This document shows, in pieces, positions 1 through 7,474 of a stretch of 12,007 nucleotides of DNA. Each line of letters opens with the position of its first letter. Position 1 is the first letter of the stretch. Origin of the DNA: Candidatus Hydrogenedentota bacterium (GTDB lineage: Bacteria; Hydrogenedentota; Hydrogenedentia; Hydrogenedentales; GCA-2746185); assembly GCA_046583315.1 (NCBI GenBank), contig JAYGCN010000242.1:1-12007 (forward strand), in the 5' to 3' direction. The notes under the pieces were generated by a model, which saw only the letters and a list, made by a program, of their open reading frames with translations, did not search any database and was not told the DNA's origin. A program made the translations under genes and the position numbers.

Positions 1-1
1 A

Positions 2-1297
2 TTATCCGCGAAGGTAAACGTATTTGATGCATGGGTTACCGGAGTAGCGTCAGTTTGGGGAGGTTATATCGTGATTCAAGCGAATCCTCGACTTGATGCT
101 TCTGATTCGATATCGATCACGCTGATGGATTCCGACGGGGATTATTCCCTGGATTTCTATTCGAACGATATAGAAGGGACGGATTCCATACCGTCGCTAT
201 TCGATCCGTTTATACTATGAATGGATTTCGACCGTATCAGATATAGAGCCAGCGAGCCTCTTTCCCCGGATACTGAGAGATATTATCGTACCGATCTAAC
301 GGACAAGGTTGAAGCGGAAGTAGTTATTCGGATGACGGTACTATCCCAAAAATCCGACCAAACTGAATTGAGTGGTTTTCGTCTCGGAATGTCAGTTGGG
401 GAATTGCTAGATCATCTACACTTGCTCGGTTCATTGGATGGAATTAAATTCCAGCCAACGGAAGGGTTTTCCGGGATAACATTAACTTTGCCTAAGGGTA
501 AGTATAAGGGTTGCGAATTTCTTATTCTGGGTGGGAGGCTTTTTCGAATACATTTTTCTTCGACCGTGACCAATTTTGCACTTGATGCAAGCAATATTGA
601 CGCTGGAACTTTAGCACGATCAATAGTTTCGAATGTTGATGCAGACAGACTTAAATACGATGGGACTGAGTACGTGTACAGTTATGAATACCCATCTGGC
701 TATTCCCTAAAAGTTTATGATGACAAACAGATTGTCTTGGAGATTAATATGAAGCTTTGGGAAAGTGTCGACATGTTCTCCAAAGAATTGCGCGAGGAAA
801 ATTTAAGTGCTGCGGACGTCGGTTCCGTTTCTGATCCGAACGAATCTCAAGGTGCTATTGAAATCCCAACCGCATTGAAAATTAAGGGGTTCTATTTAGG
901 AATGTCATTGAAGGACGCTAAAGAAAATATGAACGGTAATATTGATATGGAATGGGGAGAAATTGACGGTACGATTATGTTCGCAAACTCTTTCGAACAA
1001 GGTTTTCTTCAGTTTTCTGATGATGGCTTGGTTCAATGGATGGCTCCGCCCAGTGCAACCGATGCGATTTTCGGTTCGGCAAACATGACTGCGGAATAGT
1101 TCGCTCAACAATTTGTGAATTCGTACGATGTGTCAACTCTGATTCCAGAATACGATGACAATTTGGGACTGTGCTACACCTATACGGGTAGTAATTTTAA
1201 GATTCAGATCAGCTTCGAAAAAATATTCGTATTCAAGCGAACCTTAGGATGGTTGATGGGTTTGCCGGACACGAGTGTTACGCCAAACTTTAATTAG
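2..1297 (+). pseudogene. Interrupted gene, 5'-truncated by the window edge: hypothetical protein with Ig-like segments and two tandem copies of an unknown domain; in-frame TGA (218-220) and TAG (1097-1099)
   Basis: Frame 2 is open from base 2 to TGA 218-220. It continues directly into ATG 221 (no SD upstream) and, after TAG 1097-1099, reads FAQQFVNSYDV... in the same frame to TAG 1295-1297. Repeat 1 (GFRLGMS...ALDASNIDAGTLARSIVSNV...YVYSYEYPSGYSLKV) aligns by eye with repeat 2 (GFYLGMS...IFGSANMTAE*FAQQFVNSY...LCYTYTGSNFKIQI), which spans the TAG. Confidence 0.65.
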
Positions 1298-1404
1298 TGC
1301 TCGAGGCTATTGTCGAAACTCTTCAATAATCGTAATCTGAACGAACCGAAATATTTATATACCATCTCCTATTACCACTCGCTAGAAGCGACACGGGGGG
1401 CGAC

Positions 1405-1581
1405 ATGGAATTCACCAGGTACTATCCAACAACAAATGAAGCGGAAACTCCAGCTATTCCGCCGTCGCTTCCACCTTCACTTACAAATTTTTCATATCCT
1501 TCTCATTCCTATCCCGCAGCTAGCCAGAGCTATGCCGTTCAGGGTAAGAATCAGAGGATTACCGCGGATATCGTCAACTAA
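1405..1581 (+). CDS. Possible 58-aa Pro/Ser-rich small ORF (MEFTRYYPTTNEAETPAIPPSLPPS...ADIVN)
   Basis: ATG 1405 preceded by a G-run (1395-1400), TAA at 1579-1581. No recognisable motif; may be spurious. Confidence 0.2.
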   Translation: MEFTRYYPTTNEAETPAIPPSLPPSLTNFSYPSHSYPAASQSYAVQGKNQRITADIVN

Positions 1582-1655
1582 ACATCCATTGTTTCACGCG
1601 GGTGACTCGGGAACTGGCATACAACGTCAGAACCGGGTTGGTTAGGGGGTTGACG

Positions 1656-2930
1656 TCAGAAGCGCATCGGGTCGGCGTCGTATTGCTCGATGAGGATTGC
1701 GCGAGCCTGGCCGGCGGTGAAGAGGGAGCCGGTGATGAGCAGGGGGAGATCGAGGGATTCGGCGCGTTGGATGCCTTCGTCGATGGCCGCGTTGAATGAT
1801 TCGATGATTTCGTGTGGCCAGTCGTGGGGAACGTGGGGGAGGAGTTCGGATGCGGGGGTGGCGCGTTTCCCGTCGAATTGGGTGAGGATGAGGTGGGCAG
1901 TGATCGGTTTTAGGGTAGAAATCATGGTTCGAGCATCTTTATCTGTCGAAACAGATAAAACAACGACCACTTCTTGATTCAATTCTCGTACCAGCGTCCG
2001 AATGCCGTCCGGATTGTGTGCAACATCAATCATGACAAGGGGTTCGTCCAGTACTTGCTCCATGCGGCAGGGCCAGGTCGTCGCGGAAATACCAGCGCGA
2101 ATAGCCTTATCTCTGATTTCCGGGAATTGATTGCCTAAGAGGGAAGCGGCCCGTATCGCGACGGCGGCGTTCCCGGCCTGGTGGGTTCCGAGGAGTCCTA
2201 AGTCCAGCTGTTTCAGTGAGTACGAGTCATCTTGATAGTCGAGGCATTGATTCGCAGGGTCATACGTTGCTTCGTAGTCCGCGCCCGGGATATGTACGAT
2301 GCAGTCTAGTTCACGGGCGCGTTCGATGGCAACGGCTTGGGCTTGGGGCAAGAGGCTGCCCAGTATAACGGGAACCTTGGGCTTGAGGATGCCGGCCTTT
2401 TCGAAGGCTATCTCGGGAATGGTCTCGCCGAGGTATTCAGTGTGTTCGAGAGCGATGTTTGTGATGATGGAGAGCAGGGGGGTGATGACGTTGGTGGAGT
2501 CGAATCGTCCGCCTAAGCCAACTTCGACAAGTGCTATGTCTACGTTGGCCTCTTTGAAGATTTGAAACGCGACTGCGGTGTTCATTTCGAAGAAGGTGGG
2601 GGTGATATCGAGTTGTTCCGCGTGAAACAGGCATGTTTTCAGGATTGCTCTGAGTGAATCATCGCCGATGGGTTTCCCGTTGAGCATAAAGCGCTCGTTG
2701 AGCTCGCAGAGATGGGGACTGGTGAATCGCCCGACGCGATAGCCGGCTTTTCGCAGGATGTGATCGAGAAATGCGACGGTGCTTCCCTTGCCGTTTGTGC
2801 CGGCAACGTGCACGGTGGGGTAGGCGGTCTCTGGGTGATCTGCGGCATCGAGAAGGGCGTTGATGTTGTCGAGCCCGAGTTTGATGCCGTGGTATTCGAG
2901 GCTGAACAATTGCTCGATGGGATCGGTCAC
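1656..2930 (-). CDS. folC: Bifunctional folylpolyglutamate synthase/dihydrofolate synthase
   Basis: HVAGTNGKGS P-loop, FTSPHL, EVGLGGRFDSTN, IAFEKAGI, WPCRME and DVAHNPDG motifs; follows accD (common accD-folC pair); GTG start, TGA stop. Confidence 0.97.
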   Translation of the reverse strand: MTDPIEQLFSLEYHGIKLGLDNINALLDAADHPETAYPTVHVAGTNGKGSTVAFLDHILRKAGYRVGRFTSPHLCELNERFMLNGKPIGDDSLRAILKTCLFHAEQLDITPTFFEMNTAVAFQIFKEANVDIALVEVGLGGRFDSTNVITPLLSIITNIALEHTEYLGETIPEIAFEKAGILKPKVPVILGSLLPQAQAVAIERARELDCIVHIPGADYEATYDPANQCLDYQDDSYSLKQLDLGLLGTHQAGNAAVAIRAASLLGNQFPEIRDKAIRAGISATTWPCRMEQVLDEPLVMIDVAHNPDGIRTLVRELNQEVVVVLSVSTDKDARTMISTLKPITAHLILTQFDGKRATPASELLPHVPHDWPHEIIESFNAAIDEGIQRAESLDLPLLITGSLFTAGQARAILIEQYDADPMRF

Positions 2931-2948
2931 GGCAGGATTCGATTCAGG

Positions 2949-3806
2949 TTAGGCAACCGGGACGGGTGTCATGAATTTGAGCAATTTGGAGAGGAAGGGG
3001 CGCAGATCCTGTCGATTTACGATCTGGTCGACAAAGCCGTTATTCTTTTGATACTCAGCGGTCTGGAAGCCTTCGGGCAATTTGACCTTCAGGGCACTCT
3101 CGATGAGGCGTTTGCCTGCAAAACCGATATTCGCGCCTGGTTCGGCAAGGGTGACATCGCCGAGACTTGCGAAACTGGCATATACGCCGCCGGTGGTGGC
3201 ATCGGTGAGTACGGGGATGAAGGGTACGCCTGCTTCATTCATCTGGCGGACGGCGTCGGTGGTTTTGGCCATTTGCATGAGGGCGAGGATGCCTTCTTGC
3301 ATTCGCGCGCCGCCTGAAGCGGTGAAACAGACGAAACAAAGGCGCTGCTCGATGGCATCGGCTGCGGCTCGGCAGAATTTCTCGCCCAGGGCCGAGCCCA
3401 TGCTGGCCATAATGAATTTGGCATCCATGGCGGCGATGACAACGCGCTGACCATCGACTTCGCCAATTCCGGTGATGAGGGCTTCATCGAGACCTGAGGT
3501 GTCGCGTGCGCGTTCGATACGCTCGGCATAGGTTTCCTTGCCGACGGTGAAATGCAAGGGATCGGTGGAAAGGATGTTGGCGTGGGTTTCCTGGAAGGTG
3601 TCGCGGTCGACCAGGGTCTTGATGCGATCCCAGCCGCCGATGCGGAAATGGTAGTTACACGCAGGGCAAACCTGATTGTTCTCGTCGATCTCGGTCTTGT
3701 ACACAGTCTTTTTACACTCTGTACATTTAATCCAGAGGCCATCGGGTGCTTTTTTAGACCCTTCGCCGATGAATCCTGCGAATTTGCTGCGTTTGAATAA
3801 GCTCAT
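2949..3806 (-). CDS. accD: Acetyl-CoA carboxylase carboxyltransferase beta subunit
   Basis: PDGLWIKC, C4 zinc finger (CTEC...CPAC), SMGSALGEK, SGGARMQEG, TTGGVYASFA, IGFAGKR, LPEGFQTAE; GGGGAG SD upstream. Confidence 0.97.
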   Translation of the reverse strand: MSLFKRSKFAGFIGEGSKKAPDGLWIKCTECKKTVYKTEIDENNQVCPACNYHFRIGGWDRIKTLVDRDTFQETHANILSTDPLHFTVGKETYAERIERARDTSGLDEALITGIGEVDGQRVVIAAMDAKFIMASMGSALGEKFCRAAADAIEQRLCFVCFTASGGARMQEGILALMQMAKTTDAVRQMNEAGVPFIPVLTDATTGGVYASFASLGDVTLAEPGANIGFAGKRLIESALKVKLPEGFQTAEYQKNNGFVDQIVNRQDLRPFLSKLLKFMTPVPVA

Positions 3807-3847
3807 GGGTGCTCCCCCTTGTGTCTATCTCTATCCCGTTTTCGGGT

Positions 3848-4579
3848 TTAAGGTTCCGAAGTCGCTGCTTCGACGTTTTCAAAATTGGGCGGATGATACA
3901 GCAGGCGACCGCAATGTTGGCAGCCGTGGATTTTGTTGCCGGCCATGACTTCGATGGCGACTTGGGCGCGGATGTGCATGTGGCATCCGCTACAGACCTC
4001 ATTGTTAACGGCGACGACGACCGCTCCGGTTTTGTAATTCTTGCAGAGTCTGTTGTAGCGGCGGGTGAGGTCGTCTGATATTTGGGCGAGAAGTGGTTCG
4101 CGTTGTTCTTCGAGCAGGCTACGTGCCTGGACTGCTTCTTTGAGTTCATCGTCGATTTTGGCGCATTCGCGGTCGAGTTCGTCGGTTTCAGACTTGATGC
4201 GTTTCTTGTCTTCTATCAGTGTTTCTCCACCATCGTCCAGATCGATAAGAATTGTGATGATGCGTTCTTCTTGAGCGGCGATGCCTTTTTTCTCGAGCTC
4301 GATTTCGTGAAGCAGCGCTTGGTATTCCTCATTTTTCTTGACGGCGTTGAGTTGCTGGTTGTACTTCTGAATCTGAGCACTCTTCTGCTCGATGGTGCCT
4401 TCGCACCCTTTTTGTTCAACTTGGAGTTGCTTAAGCGCTTCTTCGCGTTCGACCAGTTCCTTTTGCAAACGCTTGCGCTGGATATCGTATTTACTCTTCT
4501 GTTTGGGAATTTCAATTTCCGTGCGTTTGCAGGTATTGATCTTCTGGTCCAATTCTTGTAGCGTGAGCAGGTTTCTCAA
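3848..4579 (-). CDS. Coiled-coil protein with C-terminal C4 zinc ribbon (COG1579 / zf-RING_7, CT398/HP0958-like)
   Basis: N-terminal LLTLQELD, long heptad-rich region with KKNEEYQALLHEIE, C-terminal CSGCHM...CQHCGRLLY; TTG start with GGAGG 8 nt upstream. Confidence 0.9.
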   Translation of the reverse strand: MRNLLTLQELDQKINTCKRTEIEIPKQKSKYDIQRKRLQKELVEREEALKQLQVEQKGCEGTIEQKSAQIQKYNQQLNAVKKNEEYQALLHEIELEKKGIAAQEERIITILIDLDDGGETLIEDKKRIKSETDELDRECAKIDDELKEAVQARSLLEEQREPLLAQISDDLTRRYNRLCKNYKTGAVVVAVNNEVCSGCHMHIRAQVAIEVMAGNKIHGCQHCGRLLYHPPNFENVEAATSEP

Positions 4580-4616
4580 GGAAACGGCCTCCTGGGTCGT
4601 AGGTTCAAATGTCCGT

Positions 4617-4644
4617 AAAAAAAGCCGCAGCGTGCTGCGGCTTT
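4617..4644 (-). terminator. Rho-independent terminator after ilvC
   Basis: Minus strand reads AAAGCCGCAG-CACG-CTGCGGCTTTTTTT: GC-rich stem followed by a U7 tract, 4 nt after the ilvC stop. Confidence 0.9.
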
Positions 4645-4648
4645 GATG

Positions 4649-5653
4649 TTACTGAATCCAGCTCATCATCTTTCTGAGCTCGGCTCCGGTTTTTTCGACC
4701 GGATGAGAGTTATTGGACTCTCGCAATTTCTTGAAGTTGGCCCCGCCGGAATTGTATTCGTCCATCCATTCCTTGGCAAAGCCACCGTTCTGAATATGTT
4801 TGAGGGCTGCGCGCATTGCGTTTTTCGAATCTTCCGTTATGATTTTGGGGCCGACGGTCATGCCGCCGTATTCGGCGGTTTCACTGACCGAGTAATTCAT
4901 ATAGTTTAATCCACCTCGGTAATATAAGTCTACAATGAGTTTTAACTCGTGCATGACCTCGAAATAGGCGATTTCGGGCTGGTATCCGGCTTCCATGAGC
5001 ACTTCGAAGGCTACTTTGATGAGCTCTGCCGAGCCGCCGCAGAGTACGGTTTGTTCGCCAAAGAGGTCGGTTTCAGTCTCTTCCTGGAAGGTTGTTTCAA
5101 TGATTCCGGCGCGTCCGCCACCAATTGAGGAGCCGTAGGCAAGGGCTTTTTTCATGGCGTTTCCGGTGGCATCCTGGAAGATGGCAACGAGGCAGGGGAC
5201 TCCGGCACCGGCGACGAATTCGTCGCGAACGAGATGGCCGGGGCCTTTGGGGGCTATCATGAAGACATCGACGTCTTCGGAGGGAATGATCATTTTGAAG
5301 TGAATGTTGAGGCCGTGGGCGAACATGAGGGAGTTGCCGGCTTCGAGGTTGGGCAGGATTTCTTCTTCGTAGATTTTCTTTTGAATCGTATCGGGAATGA
5401 GGATCTGAATGATCTCTGCTTTTTGGGTGGCTTCTGCAACGGGGTAGATATCGAAGCCTGCTTCTTTGGCGGCTTGGTAGGTTTCGCTGTTGTCGCCGCC
5501 GCGATGGCCGATGATGACTTTCTGTCCGCTATCGCGAAGATTCATTGCGTGGGCGTGGCCTTGGCTTCCGAAACCGATGATGGCGATGGTCTGACCGTTG
5601 AGTGCAGAGAGGTCGGCGTCTTTGTCGTAGTAGATCGTTGCTGCCATGTTCAT
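4649..5653 (-). CDS. ilvC: Ketol-acid reductoisomerase (class I, short form); true start may be the second ATG at 5647
   Basis: IIGFGSQGHAHAMNLRDSG, FAHGLNIH, APKGPGHLVR, ETETDLFGEQTVLCGG, HELKLIVDL, SETAEYG. The AAGGA SD is 4 nt from ATG 5653 and 10 nt from ATG 5647. Confidence 0.98.
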   Translation of the reverse strand: MNMAATIYYDKDADLSALNGQTIAIIGFGSQGHAHAMNLRDSGQKVIIGHRGGDNSETYQAAKEAGFDIYPVAEATQKAEIIQILIPDTIQKKIYEEEILPNLEAGNSLMFAHGLNIHFKMIIPSEDVDVFMIAPKGPGHLVRDEFVAGAGVPCLVAIFQDATGNAMKKALAYGSSIGGGRAGIIETTFQEETETDLFGEQTVLCGGSAELIKVAFEVLMEAGYQPEIAYFEVMHELKLIVDLYYRGGLNYMNYSVSETAEYGGMTVGPKIITEDSKNAMRAALKHIQNGGFAKEWMDEYNSGGANFKKLRESNNSHPVEKTGAELRKMMSWIQ

Positions 5654-5676
5654 TAAATCCTTGTAGTGTTAAAGAG

Positions 5677-6162
5677 TTATTTTCCGTTAGTGGTACGCGC
5701 CAGCGCGATACGTCCGCTGCGGGCTAGTTTTTCAATTCCATAGGGGCGAATCATATCGATAAATGCGGTGATCTTGTCGATGGAGCCGGTGGCTTCGATG
5801 ATTAATGCATCAGGACTCACGTCGACCACTTTGGCGCGAAAGATATTCACGACTTCGAGTAGCTGACTTCGGCGTTTGGCGTCTGTGTTGAGTCGGACCA
5901 TGACGAGTTCGCGTTCGACGTGGCTATCTTTGGTCAGGTCGTTGACTTCGATGACTTCGATGACTTTGTTGAGTTGGTTGGTGATTTGTTCGACAATTTT
6001 GTCGTCGCCTTCTACGACAACGGTCATGCGGGATATGGTGGGATCTTCGGTGATGCCCACGCACAAGCTTTCGATGTTGTAGCCGCGTGCGCTGAAGAGT
6101 CCGGAGATGCGGGAGAGCACTCCGAATTGATTGTCTACCAGAATATTGATGATGTGTAACAT
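5677..6162 (-). CDS. ilvN: Acetolactate synthase small (regulatory) subunit
   Basis: ACT domain VDNQFGVLSRISGLFSARGYNIESL, QITNQLNK, ERELVMVR, FRAKVVDV, ARSGRIAL; GGAG SD in the 10-nt gap after pth. Confidence 0.96.
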   Translation of the reverse strand: MLHIINILVDNQFGVLSRISGLFSARGYNIESLCVGITEDPTISRMTVVVEGDDKIVEQITNQLNKVIEVIEVNDLTKDSHVERELVMVRLNTDAKRRSQLLEVVNIFRAKVVDVSPDALIIEATGSIDKITAFIDMIRPYGIEKLARSGRIALARTTNGK

Positions 6163-6172
6163 GATCTCTCCG

Positions 6173-6742
6173 TCAATTCTTGTTGAACGCGTTCATGGCC
6201 TGGTCGAGGTCGGTGTCCAGGGCTTTGTGTATGGCCTGGACGGCCTGTTCAACCTGCTGTTTCACATCTTTAATCTCATCGGGGTGAAATTTTCCGAGCA
6301 CATGCCCGGAGAGATCGCCACCCGGTTGTTTGGAGCCTATCCCGATGCGGATGCGGGGGACTTCTCGGGTGCCCAGATATTCAATTATAGACTTCATGCC
6401 ATTATGCGTACCGGCACTGCCGTTCTTGCGGATGCGAATTTTGCCCAGGGGCAGGTCCACATCGTCGTAGATCACCAGTATTTGCTGGGGATCGTCCACG
6501 CCATTTCGCGCTGCCTGGGCTGCACTCTCGCCGCTCTTGTTCATGAAGGTCATGGGTTTGAGCAGCACGACTTTGTGAGAGCGGACCCGGGCCTCGGCGA
6601 TTTGTCCTTTGAATTTCTCGCGGGAAAAATCGACTCCGAGTTCATCGGCCAACTGGTCCAGGACCTGGAAGCCTATGTTGTGGCGCGTATTTTTATATTG
6701 AGGTCCGGGATTTCCCAGACCGATTATCAGTTTCAGAGACAC
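6173..6742 (-). CDS. pth: Peptidyl-tRNA hydrolase
   Basis: LIIGLGNPG, TRHNIGF, KPMTFMNKSG, YDDVDLPLG, HNGMKS, RIRIGIG; GTG start. Confidence 0.97.
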   Translation of the reverse strand: MSLKLIIGLGNPGPQYKNTRHNIGFQVLDQLADELGVDFSREKFKGQIAEARVRSHKVVLLKPMTFMNKSGESAAQAARNGVDDPQQILVIYDDVDLPLGKIRIRKNGSAGTHNGMKSIIEYLGTREVPRIRIGIGSKQPGGDLSGHVLGKFHPDEIKDVKQQVEQAVQAIHKALDTDLDQAMNAFNKN

Positions 6743-6767
6743 GTCTCAGATTAGCCGCCAGCCATTA

Positions 6768-7421
6768 CTATTCGGCGGCGTCCTCAGTGGTTTCTCCTGC
6801 CTCGGCACCTTCTTCACCTTCTTCGACCTCTAGGACTTCGGTTGTCTCATCGGTTACAACACGTGGCTGTTGGATGGCGGCTACGGCGCGTGCGGAATCC
6901 GTCAGAATCGTAACGTTCTCGATTGCGGGGAAATCGCTGACGTGGAAGGTGTCGCCGATGTTCAGCTCTGTAATGTCTCCGACAATTTCGGTGGGTACAT
7001 CGAGCGGCATACATTCGACATCGAGTTCGCGCACGTGGTAGTCGAGAACACCGCCTTCGATGATACCGATGGCGCGTCCCTCCAGTTTGATGGGTACTTG
7101 GGTGACGATGGTGTTGCTGAGGTCAATGCGTTGCAGGTCGAAATGCAATGGCGCGCCGGAAACGGGATGGTGTTGCACGTCTTTGAGGATGGCGGGTCCG
7201 TTGCAGTCCGTATTGTTGCTGACGGTGAGGTCTACGAGGGAGTGTTCCCCTTGGTCACCGTGAACGAGCAGATCAAACTCTTTTTTGCCGACAATAATGT
7301 TCACGTTTTCCTTGCCGGCTCCGTAAATGATGCCCGGTACGCTTCCGGCGTATCGCGAGCGTCTGGATGGACCTTTGCCGAGTTCGTCGCGGGTCTCTAC
7401 TGTGAAGGATGTAAGTTTCAT
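6768..7421 (-). CDS. rplY: 50S ribosomal protein bL25, long CTC form with acidic tail
   Basis: GKGPSRRSR, VPGIIYG, KDVQHHPV, HFDL, GGVL, LNIGDTFHVSD; Glu-rich C-terminus; position between prs and pth; TAG TAA tandem stop. Confidence 0.95.
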   Translation of the reverse strand: MKLTSFTVETRDELGKGPSRRSRYAGSVPGIIYGAGKENVNIIVGKKEFDLLVHGDQGEHSLVDLTVSNNTDCNGPAILKDVQHHPVSGAPLHFDLQRIDLSNTIVTQVPIKLEGRAIGIIEGGVLDYHVRELDVECMPLDVPTEIVGDITELNIGDTFHVSDFPAIENVTILTDSARAVAAIQQPRVVTDETTEVLEVEEGEEGAEAGETTEDAAE

Positions 7422-7474
7422 GATTTATTTTAGCTCCGTTTTCGTTCGTTGTGTGTGTTCTGTTAGGTCTATGG

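Noticed and set aside
218..1099. Genome-wide stop-codon reassignment, or Sec/Pyl insertion, as the cause of the in-frame stops
   Set aside because: folC and pth end at TGA at their expected lengths, and TAG ends the 752-aa gene and the left frame itself. The rplY TAG is followed by TAA and is uninformative. No SECIS-like hairpin is evident after the TGA, and two different recoding events in one gene is unparsimonious.
1310..1645. 111-aa ORF from the track
   Set aside because: TTG start with poor SD spacing, unprotein-like Arg/His/Leu composition and no motif.
1615..1650. Integron attC-like site (GCATACAAC ... GTTAGGG)
   Set aside because: The R'' and R' boxes are not complementary, there is no long bottom-strand hairpin, no second copy and no integrase.
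3807..3847. rnpB or an RNase H gene, which often follow COG1579 genes
   Set aside because: Only 41 bp separate this gene from accD, leaving no room.
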